DNA from: Paecilomyces variotii
Taxonomy: Eukaryota
Reading direction: 5' to 3' (one strand)
DNA: 64,000 bases
Assembly (NCBI GenBank): GCA_004022145.1
Contig: RCNU01000004.1
Below are positions 49,305 through 61,339 of the stretch, one piece after another. A program made the translations under genes and the position numbers. The notes beneath the pieces are model-generated. The model saw only the letters and a program-made list of their open reading frames with translations. It was not told the origin of the DNA and ran no database searches. Each line of letters opens with the position of its first letter. Within the stretch, counting starts at the first letter, position 1.

Positions 49305-50171
49305 ATGGCTCCACGCTTAGCACTCGGCCATTGCTTCTTCTCCCATGATGATGTGGAGCTGGCGAGCCTAATTCCCAACATCCGGGACCCTGAACTAGAT
49401 GCGATGGAGAACCCTTACCCTCTGCAGAGAAGCGATTATACGGTGAAAAGAGTCCACGACTATTCCGCCCTCCTGCGCACGCAAAGGACCAGGAAGGGCG
49501 AAGCCGTTCTGTCGAAAGTCGTCAAATTTACATCAAAAAAGACTCGTCTGTCGAACATGCACCTCGAAGCGCGAACGGGGTATATCTACACGCTGCGGAA
49601 GCCATCGGTCTGGTTTCGGCGACTCTGCGAAGATAAGATAATCCGACACTGGTTGCAAGAACAGATCGAAGATGGAAACGTGGTCCACTTCGTGGTTGGA
49701 CTTCACACGCTCTTCGATGCGGCGACAAGCAGCAACGCGAATCTAGCCATGCAGCATTCCGGGGAGCTCACTATGCCAGTGAGCGATGCTGGTGGATGGT
49801 CCAATCTGTCTCATGCGGGCGACTTTAGTCTCTCGGGGGGGCAGTGGTATAATAAAGATTCCCAGAATGCGTGCAAGGCGCCCGGTGAACAGATCTTTGC
49901 GATTCGCGTGAAAAAGGTCAAGTTTCGCTTCTGGGATACCCATGACGTTGAGAACGTGCGTCTGGGCAAGAACAGCTACTGGAAAATGGCGTCGGACAAC
50001 AGAAGCGCCACCGAGGACGACTCAGAAATCGTGGAGGCATTCTTGGACAAAGCAGAAAAGGCGGAATCTGACAGCGAAGATGATGAAAAGTCCGACAAGT
50101 TTCCTGGGCGACTGAGTGACGATGATTGGAGCGATGACGAGCTTTATTTCATCGACAGTGATGAAGAGTGA
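49305..50171 (+). CDS. Fungal gasdermin-like protein (RCD-1/HET-Q1 family), ~288 aa, intronless
   Basis: Pattern LASLIPNIRDP...YTLRKPSVWFRRLC...WL..QIEDGNVVHFVVGLHTLFDA...PGEQIFAIRVKKV...YW; size near 290 aa; acidic C-terminal tail; divergent from a protease gene. Confidence 0.8.
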   Translation: MAPRLALGHCFFSHDDVELASLIPNIRDPELDAMENPYPLQRSDYTVKRVHDYSALLRTQRTRKGEAVLSKVVKFTSKKTRLSNMHLEARTGYIYTLRKPSVWFRRLCEDKIIRHWLQEQIEDGNVVHFVVGLHTLFDAATSSNANLAMQHSGELTMPVSDAGGWSNLSHAGDFSLSGGQWYNKDSQNACKAPGEQIFAIRVKKVKFRFWDTHDVENVRLGKNSYWKMASDNRSATEDDSEIVEAFLDKAEKAESDSEDDEKSDKFPGRLSDDDWSDDELYFIDSDEE

Positions 50172-51523
50172 AGTTGGAGGTAAATGGCAAGATAGCCTAA
50201 GGACCCAGGGCGGTGGAGCTGCCACAACTTGGGCCATTTCGCAGCCTGACTGTGTTTTACGTCGAGATACGCACTATAATGAGTTCTATGTTTTAGTTAT
50301 GAGCTGAGCGATTTGCTTCCTTTGCTTTGTACTGTACATCAAGTTATCTTTCCTTTACCCAGATGCGGATCTGCGCTATTTAATCCCATCTGGTTTGAGG
50401 TTTACAAATCTAACTACCTTACTTAACTGAACGCCTTCCAACCACTTGTGAGCTAATGCCTATTTTGTTATGGCATAAATTAGACTCTTAAAATTATTCG
50501 TCCATCTCCCTTCTAAAGGAATAATAATTTGCGTGGTTTATCTATATTTTATTAAAACTGTTCCGCGTTATTCAAAAATGCGAACTTAGGCATTGTTACC
50601 AAGCAATTTTGAAATTCTTTGAGGTCTGCAGGATTAAATGGATAAGTATACTTTGGTGTGAACTTTTCATCACCGGCACTGAGGAAGTGTTTAGTAGAAA
50701 ATTGCAGAAGTAGCCAGTGCTAACTAACGTTGCAAGGCAGACCCGACGTTGCGTACGGGATTCTTTCTTTGGACACTCAGAGCTGGTCTGAATCTCCTTT
50801 TTTACCGTCATGACGATGTCGCAATACCATATACGTTGTGGTCCTCGCGATAGAAGGCCTGGAGTCTGCTTTGTCCATCAACCTGGTGATTTTACATCAT
50901 TCCCAATGACACAGGTCTGCTAACCGTCTCAAATACTCCAGGCCTTGCGGCTGTACAAGCTCTCCCCAGAACGGAGAATCGTGCTGTCACAACATCAACT
51001 CGTAATCTACTTCGGTCTCTAGGCTCAGTAGTTGCCGTCTTCGAGTAGTTTTTATTATCCTGGTACCGCTAATGTCTCTGTGCTTTATAGGCAGTTTCTT
51101 CGTTGCTGATACGACGCTGAAAGGGGATGTGAAAGCAGAAAAGAAGCCATCAAGTGATAGTAGGGTCATGGAATCTTCGAGGATTGGGAAACAGAATATG
51201 TAAGAAAGAGACGGAAATTTTAATTCGTGGATGAATCAGCTGGCTAGGTACCTAGTCGATATCATGAAGATATTGCCTCCTTGTTAACAAGTGCGGAGGA
51301 AAAGGGGTGCCGTAAGCAGATATAGATATAGCCGATGAACATGAAACAATATTCTTCTAGATTGTTCATGCAATGCGCATGTTTATCACCGCATAATACC
51401 TACTGTAATCAATTATTCCATTGTTGTTTTGAACTAATCGACGATGACGTCGATAAACGCTGAAACGCCGAAATGTTCCTCCGAGCCGAGCGGACCGTCA
51501 GTCAGAAAGTCCGAACTTCCGGA

Positions 51524-51558
51524 GATTATTATTATTATCATTATCATTATTATTATTA
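51524..51558. repeat. (ATT/ATC)n microsatellite upstream of JAC1
   Basis: attattattattatcattatcattattattatta. Confidence 0.75.
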
Positions 51559-51691
51559 ACTTGAAGATCATAGAAATCTCTCCCTCTACCAGCAACGTCG
51601 CCTTTTGAGATTCGGTTATTTTACTTGCAGTATTTTCGTCGCTGTCTCTCTTCCGCTGTAGACATACGTATACGTATTCGGGACTACAACG

Positions 51692-52561
51692 ATGAGAGCC
51701 GCCGTCACATCTGGCAGGCTGCTCCGACAGCTCTCCACCAGCAGCAGGGCATCGCCAGCAACACTGACAGTACAACGGTCTCGATTCCCGGGAGATGTGC
51801 CTAACAACGTGTGTCTCCTATGTCAGCATTGGTCTGGAAGTGCTAGAATTACGCGCCCGCAGGCCCATCCTGAGCAAATAGGGCGACGGTTTGCTTCCAC
51901 AAGCAAAGACTCCGCCGCGACGCCCGCGTCCGAATCAAACGCGGATGGAGTTGAAGACAATGACTCCGTGGCTGGCATAATGGCCGTTAGTCCGGACGTC
52001 TCCAACTACTATAGCATTTTCCCCAAGACTCTCCCGAACGGTCCGCCGCCCAACTCTCCTTTCGACATCTCAGTTGCCGATCTTCGTCGCGAATTCCTTG
52101 CTCTCCAGAACCAGATACACCCGGATAAGCATGCCCCTGGCCATGCGAAGGAACGAGCAGAAGCCCTGTCTTCTCGCATCAATGAGGCGTACCGGACGCT
52201 GGCAGACCCGCTAGCGAGAGCACAATATATCCTCGCCCATTGGCACGGAATCGACGTGATGGCCGAGGACGGATCGTCTCAACATGCATTGGATCCGGAG
52301 ATGCTGATGGAAGTGATGGATGTGCAGGAGACCATCGAGGAAGTCGGGGCTGATCCTCAGGCGGAAGCGGAGATTGAGCGACTCAAGGGAGAAAATAATG
52401 CCCGACTGGAGGAGACGGTGAAGGCGTTAGGAGAAGCTTTCGACCACGGCGACATAGAGGCGGCAAGGAAAGAATGCGTTCGCCTCCGGTTCTGGTACAG
52501 CCTCGCACAAGCCCTGCGGGACTGGGAACCGGGCACAACGGAGCTTAGAATCGTGCATTGA
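51692..52561 (+). CDS. JAC1: Mitochondrial Fe-S cluster J-type co-chaperone (HscB)
   Basis: Arg/Ser-rich presequence, J-domain HPDK, INEAYRTLADPLARAQY, LMEVMDVQE HscB C-terminal domain. Confidence 0.93.
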   Translation: MRAAVTSGRLLRQLSTSSRASPATLTVQRSRFPGDVPNNVCLLCQHWSGSARITRPQAHPEQIGRRFASTSKDSAATPASESNADGVEDNDSVAGIMAVSPDVSNYYSIFPKTLPNGPPPNSPFDISVADLRREFLALQNQIHPDKHAPGHAKERAEALSSRINEAYRTLADPLARAQYILAHWHGIDVMAEDGSSQHALDPEMLMEVMDVQETIEEVGADPQAEAEIERLKGENNARLEETVKALGEAFDHGDIEAARKECVRLRFWYSLAQALRDWEPGTTELRIVH

Positions 52562-53896
52562 GTTGATGCGGATTTAAATACGATTTAGAAGATCGCTCCT
52601 CCATCGAGTATCAGCACCTTTTTTTTTTACCGTGAAAGGTGGCTGGGATCATGGACCTATTGCTGAATGAACGCAGCATCGGTGGCTGGTGGTGATCTGG
52701 AAGAATTTTCTTAGAACCACGTAGTTATATATAGCATGTATATTATGCCATATTTCGATACAGATCAGAATTACTCTAATAATGGATTCACCGTTTGATC
52801 TAGAAGGCCACAGCGAACAGGCCATGCTGGCAGACTAGCGGCATCTAATATGTAGGTTAAAAGGGATGAGGCGAAAACTCCATGTTTCGGTGACTAGATC
52901 CCTTCCTAATACTCCTATGGAAGCATTGCAGAGCTAGACCGGGTCGACTTGCGACAAGTCTAGGATGATTTCTTCTAGCGGAGGGGACTGGGGCGGCGTT
53001 TTGTATCATTCCGCCCAGTGTGAAGCTCTGGATATCTTTAGGATCAAGGCGTGTTCCAGCAGCTTTCCCCAGATGGGTTTCGTTTCTGCTGTAGTCTGAG
53101 CGCGGCGCCATTGTAAACGTCCCATCTGAATCTGACCGCAAGACACCAATGGGTCTGAGCAGTCAATGGCCGGTCCACCGTCGCGTCGTGGAGTATCGAA
53201 ACATGCAGCAGCCATCACCGCAAGGTCATCAGAACACAAAGACCTGGCCCGCAATTGGGTCTCCAACCGTCTGGGTTTCGGGCAACAACCGGTGGGGGTC
53301 TGGATACGGACGAGAAGGAGGATCGACTGGGAAAAGCTGTCATTGTCTCTGTGTGTGTGTTCATGTCCTGAGTGCTGAAGGGAGATCGTCGAGAAGGAAT
53401 TGGGCTGGTCAGTAGGTAGTGACGCAGGCCGCTATGGCACGACGGTTGAGATGCTTAACCAGCAGGTTCGCAAGACTCGACGGAGAGCCGTGATGTGGTT
53501 GAAATCCCCTCCAAGGCACGACCAGTTAACTCGTGGACGGGGCCAGCACGCCAGGAGTTTTAGATGCAGCCGTTTAGTGGAGGTGGCCGTTCACCACTGG
53601 CTGCCCTGTTGCGCTTACAAGACTCTGCGGTCGTTGGCATCGCCAGCGCTGCTCGCCCAGCAACCGCCAACGCCAGCGCCGGCATCGCCCATCATGTCCT
53701 CCCACGTAGCACCGCGCCTGACCCATATGAGTCGAATGCTCCGCTCGGGGGCTGGGGACGAGATAAGTAGGGGGCTGGAAGGCAAGATACAATAGAAAAA
53801 GAGCCGGTTGAGGGTCGTAGTCGTCGAGAGCAATCGACGAAAACCAAACAGCCGCTATATATATATATACACACGACCGCGAACGGGGAAAGCGGG

Positions 53897-55504
53897 ATGG
53901 AGTCTGCTCGGGAGTACAACAGGTACGTTCCGTTACCTCTCGAGAGAGCAGGTTTCGATTGAGGAGCATCGACTGCTCCAGGTCCAAAGACTTTCCGTTT
54001 CCCCGTAGAGATCATATACGCCCACACAAGGCTCCTGAGGAATATTTGCTGACAGACTGACTCATTGACTGGTCACAGTATCGTCCATTCGCCGTCCTTC
54101 ACTTTCCTCGTCGGACCCAACCACACCAGATTGACCATCCAGACTGCGTTGGCCAAACATGTCTCTAAACCGCTAGATCTGCTTATGAACAATGGGGAGA
54201 CCCGTGAATCCAAACACCGTATCGCTGTCCTGGAGGACGAAGAAGTCGAGGTCTTTGTGGCATTCTGTGAATATGCCTACACCTGCGATTACAGCGTACC
54301 CCTGCCTGGTTCGGACCACCATGGGGGTGAAAACCCATGGAAGGGAATGTTCCGCTCGGAGTCTGTCTCCTCCATCATTCCTCCGCCAGTACCTACACCT
54401 CCCCCCGGATCGATAGGGACTCCCGAGAGATTTGACCACAATCCTTTCCCGTCGGGCCATGAGCCATTCCCGAGTCAGGGTTCCGGACTTGCTGTCGAGG
54501 GAAACGATGCTCCCACTGAGGGTGAGAGACACCCTCCCGCCGACGATGGACCAGGAGAAAGCTCTGAGCCAGGCGGCAAGAAGAACAAGAAGGGCAAGAA
54601 AGATAAAAAGAAGCAGCGAGGCCCCGGTGGCGTATCTTTCGATGAATCTGCACTGAATCTGACACCCCCTTCGACACCGCCGCCCGAGCAAAGCGAGGAC
54701 TATGCTAAGCCAGCCGGTGTAGAGACTGCGGCAGCATCCTCTGCGATGGGGGAATGGTGGAATCAATCCCAATCAGCTGGAGGTGAGATGGTGAGGACAG
54801 ATGAGAAGGAAAAAGAGCCCGAGGAGCAGCAACAGCAACAGCAGCAGCAGCAGCAGCCGCCTTTCCCCCCTGAGGCCTTGACTACATCGTTTGTTCCTCA
54901 GAACTTTAACCCCCTTCATCCCAAGGAAATCAACATCTGGGACGAGTTCTCCGGGCTCGATTATCCCTTTCAGAAGCCCGTGAAGGACATCTCTCGACTG
55001 GGCTCAGGACCAGGAGTGGACCTCCCATATATCCTTTTTCACGCCAAGCTCTACGTCTTCGCGTCTCGCTACTTGATTCCGGCATTAGCCCAGCTGTGTC
55101 TCCAAAAGCTTCACAAGGACCTGGCTACACTGTCATTTTCGGCCTCTGGCAATGACAACCAGAGCCAGAGCCAAGACTACAACACCATGATGACGATCAA
55201 GGCGAAGATGATCCTGGACCTCATGCATTACACGTACACGAGAACGACTCGCTATGAGCCAGTGCATCCAAACTCACCCACCCTCCTGCGGGAAAACGAG
55301 CTACGCAAGCTGGTCACACACTATGCGGCCTGCAAGGTCAGGGAACTTGCAGCTTTCACCCCGATGCAACTCACCACATACCCTGCGATTCCCGGCCTGG
55401 ACGGCGCGGCCGTGGCGGGCCGATTCTCGACTGGCGGCGGCCTAAAGGACCTTCTTGATACCACGACCGAGCTGGCTTCAGACTTGGTCTTCCGAATGAT
55501 GTAA
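53897..55504 (+). CDS. BTB/POZ-like fungal protein with low-complexity insert
   Basis: Short exon MESAREYN (53897-53922), GT-AG intron to 54078, then SPSFTFLVG...SKPLDLLMNNG...FVAFCEYAYTCDY and HAKLYVFASRYLIPAL. Confidence 0.78.
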
Positions 55505-58500
55505 GGATCTCTTGCCTGATTTCAGCCTGTTTGCCCGTTTCTAACGATATCACAGAGCATAAGCCAAAAGCATCTAGATAGCATGGACGGAGCGTCGGAG
55601 TATTCTGGTTGAAAACGTCAAACACTCATAACGAATTTCTTTGGTCAACATTTGCATCCTTTCTGCCTATACTATGAACCGGATTCTGTGTTAAACTGCC
55701 GTGCGTATGCATTTATACGGTCCGCATATTCACAAGCTCTTTTCTTTTTGGAATTTTTGGGTCTCGCTTTCTTGGACAATGGCTTTCATGACTCTTGATG
55801 ATATGGCATAACAGAATGGCTGCCAGCCCCTGATGCATATTGGTCCTCTAATCCTTTTTTTTTTCCATGTATTGATCATATCTGAGGTGAATGCATACAA
55901 CTTGCATCGTCCTATAAAATTTTGTCATTTTCTCACATGCAGATTAAGTGTAGACAGATAATTCTAGACTGCACAAAAAAGAAACTTGCCGTTACCCACC
56001 AGAAACCGAATTTTCCCGAGTCCAGGAGGCTAAAAAAAGTAATGTTCTTCCGCCTTATTTTCAACATGAGGGTTAGTGTGGTCTTGTCCGAAGCTTATTG
56101 TTTCAGCACATTTGTGTCTGTTTGAACCAAGACTTTTATTTTGTGAGAATTCTTTTCTCTCTTCCTGTGCTGAAACTGGTGACAAGGTTTCGAACGAGCA
56201 CTTTTCTTTCTTCCAGAGCATGGGCCAGAAAACAGGACATCCATGAGGTATATGTCTTAACTTTTTTCAAGTTCAGGACTCAATTTTCCAAGAACGCAGA
56301 TTCTAGTCAGGCCTTCATTAGTTATATGCGGGATATATCTACTCATAATAATCTAGGAAAAAGAAAAAGTGGATCGCTACAGATCCTAGTTCAAGAACGC
56401 GTTCAGCACATGTCTGTGGATCAGCGAGTGATTTGATCAAACTTGTCGACATATCCCCATTCCGGGATGGAGACCATCACATGGGTATATGTTCCAGGTT
56501 ATCTCTGTGCAGCGTTGCATTGCCTACCATCAACGTGGTGGAACGAAAGAGAAGAAGGGGCCAGACTCTGATAGATCAGCAAAAAGCAGGGTTGATGCCG
56601 AGTATATCGGCTGCTTTAGCATGTTTCTGGGCCAAGGTCTGAGACGGGAGATAGACAGTTAGTTGGGACATGGGGGGAGAAAGTTTGCATCCGAGGAGTC
56701 GTATCATAAAGTCTGAATGGATAGACTTCGCGCGGGATCCCGGACCGATAGACTTGGTATGGGGGGTTTATAGAGTAAGATTCGGTGCTCCAGTGCCTCT
56801 GGGAGGATTTGTTATTGATCCAGTCCGCAAGCGGGTGTCTTTCACAGAACAGAAGATTTCACTGTTTCTTGGCGGATGGTATTTCTTGGATTTGACCGAT
56901 ACTCCGCTGGAGGGATCTGGTGGTCCTGGCAACAAGGTGTGACTGTATCGAAATGGAGGGCATCTGTTGAAACAGATACTGCCAAGATAAGTATCACTTT
57001 GTAGGTAAGTAGTTACTGAGAACGGAAATAATTACTATCGTTCTCGACTCCTTCTTCCTGGTCTAAGGAGAGCAACGCAGTGCTGCCATTGTCACAGACG
57101 CAATGGATGGCACAGTCAAGCCTTCACTGTTATCTAACAGTCAGTTGCTATGATGATCCAGAGTGGATTCTTGCACTTAACTATGTATCGTACTTATGTG
57201 AGTATGATTTATCAGTAGTAACTCTGGCGATACACGTCAGAATCCTCAAGAATGCCACGATGAGACAGATACAATGTCTTCTAGGCTGCAGGGAGGCTGT
57301 GTCTGATGACAATTTGATTATTCTTGTACTGTACTTTCCTTATCTCTGCTGGAGGGATGAAGTCGTTCTTGGCTTCTTGGCTTCTTGTCAGCTTGTGGCA
57401 CCGCAAGTGGACTGGATCTCCGAAGTTACCGCCAAGTATTGGGCAGGACGATTGTAGCTCCTGATAATGCTGTCTCGAGACAAATTTGTCTGCCAAGAGG
57501 GAGTCTTGAGAGCTATTGAGCGAGGACATCTTGGCGACGGCGTTGCAATATCGCGTCAGGGGGCGCGGCGGGCATAAGCCGCACAACGTGGGCGATCAGG
57601 TTCGTGCGCACAATCCTCAGGGGAGAAAGGGAATTGCAGAGGCCCTTTCTTGAGAATCTGAGATAGGTAGTGGATGGCTGTGCAGCTCAAACAGGATCGG
57701 GACGAGCAATTGCCAAGGTGCGGAACGTCCCTAGAGTCGTGTTGATGTGATACTGCGCATTGCGGTCTTGACTTATTCGGCATCTATTTACAGGGACCCG
57801 AATGGACGAAATAATAAACTCAGTGGATATCCCGGCTATCACCACCAACTGTTACAGTCCACTAGATACTCTTCCTTTGTTCCCAGGCCGAAAGACGTTC
57901 TGAGAACCCGATAGCGACCGGGAATCTTGGCAGCGGGCTGCTTTCGTGGACGTGAAGATCATCCCGGGAGAGAATGCTTGGCGATGTCTTCTTCTCATGA
58001 TGGTTCATGCCAAGCGGACAGTTGCGACAATCATGACCCTGCAACAGTGGAGAGACGAAGATGAGCCGGTCTGATCATGGCTCTTTCCGGCCATTATTCT
58101 ATTGATATTATTGTCTGGCTTTGTCTTCGGCCATGGATATTGAGATCCGCTGAAGGCCCGTCTCTGTCGAAGGGGGCAATATACCTTCTGCCCTTGGAGG
58201 CTTAGACGTACACAATTTCCCGGGCGTGCCAAGGACAACGTTAGGATCAATGATACTCTATCGACTTCGAGATCCTCGCAAGGAGCACGCTTGCGCTGGC
58301 ATGGCTGGGCTGCCAACGTCAGCCATTGTTATTATTGTCCGTTGACCGCTGCACTGCCGTCCTGGGCAAAGCTAAGCTTGTCGAGACATCGTCGTCACTA
58401 TCAGCAGCGGAGGTTACAAGAAGAGCCTGCCAAGGTCTTGGAAGATTGCTGCGGTGACCCGCGTGAATGCATAATCCTGCACAATTCGTGGTCTATTCTA

Positions 58501-59093
58501 GGCAAAAGAGACCAGTATCCACGCATCTTCAGATCCTGCTCCCTCTTTCGTCCAACTATGTAACGCATATCCAGCACAGTCTCCCGTAGAACAAGGGCAA
58601 AATTACGGGGCCCGAAGACTCTAGTACATCTTGGCGGGCGGTTATCTGGTGGCTTTCTTTGGAACCTTCTTCCCCTGATCTCCAACTAGTCCCGAAGTTT
58701 CCTGTCAATCGTTCCCTTGGCGTCAGGCTCTCGAGTCTCGACGAACATCTGTCGGGTAGATAGTCTCTGCGGCGAGATATGCGTGCCACCATAATAGTCC
58801 CCTTAGTTTCGCGTATCCTTCCAAATGGCACCTTGCTGGGGAATGTCCGTGTCTTGATCTTTCGGGTACTCCAAGATCTCGATCCCTTCGGAGCTTTATA
58901 AAGTCCAGTCTGCTCCTTTCACTATTTACTTCTCCATACGCAGATCCGATCGCTGTTTTTCATCTCCTTCTTATACGCTTTATACACTGTACACACATTA
59001 TTACCTATGACAATCGTTCATTAAATTAGTGAATATATTCATTTATCCAACGTCTTCCATCAGGGCAATAGGGCCAGAGAATCCTCTGCCATC

Positions 59094-60311
59094 ATGTTCG
59101 AAGAACATCTAATGGGGCCGTATCCCCGAGATGCACACTCCGCAGCGACCTCACAAAAAGATATGCTTAGTCGAAGGACCTCTATCGCCAGTTTGGAAAG
59201 GGGCTACAAATCTGAACAAAAGCTGGGCTTTAAGGATCGGATAAAGCATTTCACATGGGCCTGGTATACGCTTACTATGAGCACGGGAGGATTGGCTCTG
59301 CTCATTGCAGCGCAGCCAAATACTTTCAAGGGTTTGCGGGAAATTGGCCTAACTGTGTATATCATCAATCTTATTTTCATGAGTATTGTCTGCTCCTTGA
59401 TGGCTGCCCGTTTCATCATCCACGGCGGTTTCCTGGAATCCCTCAAGCATGAACGAGAAGGCCTCTTTTTCCCAACCTTCTGGCTCTCCATTGCGACTAT
59501 CATTACAGGTCTACACAGATACTTCGGTGACGAGGCTACGGAACCCTTCCTAATAGTCATCGACGTTCTCTTCTGGATCTACTGCGCCTGTACATTCACC
59601 GTCGCGGTTGTGCAATACTCGTTTGTCTTCTCCGCCCACTCATACGGTCTCCAGACCATGATGCCATCATGGATCCTGCCAGCCTTCCCCATCATGTTGA
59701 GCGGTACCATTGCCTCCGTTGTTGCTGAAGCACAGCCGGCTAGCCAGGCGCTCCCTATGATCGTTGCTGGAACCACCTTCCAAGGCCTGGGCCTATCCAT
59801 CAGCTGTATGATGTACGCTCACTACATCGGTCGACTCATGCAAGCCGGCCTGCCAAACCGAGAGCACCGTCCTGGCATGTTCATCTGCGTTGGTCCTCCT
59901 GCTTTCACAGCCCTAGCCATTGTTGGAATGTCCAAAGGCCTGCCGGATGACACGCCGCTCATCCATAGCAGAGATGACTCGGACGTGATCGAACTGCTAG
60001 CAGTCACTTCTGCAGCCTTTCTCTGGGCTCTGAGCTTTTGGTTCTTCTGTATCGCCGCTGTCGCTGTTATCCGCAGTCCTCCAACCGCCTTCCATCTGAG
60101 CTGGTGGGCAATGGTCTTCCCCAACACCGGCTGCACCATCGCGACTATCACCCTTGGCAATGCGTTCAACAGTCCTGGCATCAAGGGAGTCGGCTCAGCC
60201 ATGACTATCTGCATTATCTGCATGTTCCTGTTCGTCCTGGGCAGCCATATCCGTGCAATCATCAACCAATCCATCATGTATCCGGGCAAGGACGAAGATG
60301 TGGCCGACTAA
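59094..60311 (+). CDS. C4-dicarboxylate/malate transporter (SLAC1/TDT family, Mae1-like)
   Basis: RIKHFTWAWYTLTMSTGG, EGLFFPTFWLS, WILPAFP, RPGMFICVGPPAFT, FHLSWWAMVFPN, YPGKDED; ~10 hydrophobic segments. Confidence 0.92.
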   Translation: MFEEHLMGPYPRDAHSAATSQKDMLSRRTSIASLERGYKSEQKLGFKDRIKHFTWAWYTLTMSTGGLALLIAAQPNTFKGLREIGLTVYIINLIFMSIVCSLMAARFIIHGGFLESLKHEREGLFFPTFWLSIATIITGLHRYFGDEATEPFLIVIDVLFWIYCACTFTVAVVQYSFVFSAHSYGLQTMMPSWILPAFPIMLSGTIASVVAEAQPASQALPMIVAGTTFQGLGLSISCMMYAHYIGRLMQAGLPNREHRPGMFICVGPPAFTALAIVGMSKGLPDDTPLIHSRDDSDVIELLAVTSAAFLWALSFWFFCIAAVAVIRSPPTAFHLSWWAMVFPNTGCTIATITLGNAFNSPGIKGVGSAMTICIICMFLFVLGSHIRAIINQSIMYPGKDEDVAD

Positions 60312-61339
60312 ACTAAACTAAACTCATCTCTGATTATCATTCCTGATCCTATCTCATCTGGCGTCTACATCTACATCTACATCATCTACAGCGTTCAGGC
60401 GAATCTCGAATTTGGCTCGTTAAAACTTTATACTACCTCGTTCCCACTTTTACTACCACCATCGCTCACGTCTTCCTGGATTATTTCATTCAACCTTCCC
60501 CTCACACTACTCACACATACTTTGATGACACGATTCATTTCTCTTCTACCACTTTAACCACATCAGCCCTTTTCTAAAGACCAAAGACATCATAGCACAG
60601 AGGCAGGCACCTTGAACTATGGAATTAGTTTCTTGGAATCCCCAACCCCCCCCCTTTTTTTTATTTTACCGGTTCTTCGTCACTTTGTTCCACTGCTCAA
60701 AAAGTCTGGGATGCGAGCATTTATTCCTATTTCTCACACAGGACAAGACACACGACATGGACCTTTGGGATTAATTTTGTCCCTGATTTAAGCCGCTTGT
60801 TCTTTCCGGGTGAATACCTATATGGACTTGATTTGAAGGTTGGGAGTTTTGCATTATTAGCATTCTAGCATTAGCGTTGTCGTTTTTTTTTTTCTTCTTT
60901 GAATTTGGATTGGAATATGCGTTATGTGACTTTTTCACTATGATAGATTTCTCGATTAGACTTACTTGTCTTGTGTTGGGTCTTTTTGAAGTAGACGACT
61001 AGAATTGATATACGTGATATAGTTATATTGAGATAGCATGTTCTATTATTGGATAGTCTATTCTCACTTGTTGGTTTTGTAACCGGGGTTGGGAGTCGAT
61101 AAGAGTGGGTGGGTAGAGGGTGCCATTGTCCCGAATCAGTATGGAAGAACATCAGACCAATTAATATTCCGAACTGGAGCATCTCGAAGTGAAGCACCCG
61201 TTTATTAGATGAGTGCGTTTAATACCTAGTTTACTAAGTGTGTGATGTTGGAGGTAACAGTTGTGGGGTATCATAGCCGTTATTATTTGTGGCGCTTTCT
61301 AACGATATTATTATAAATACATTGAACCAGTTGAATATA

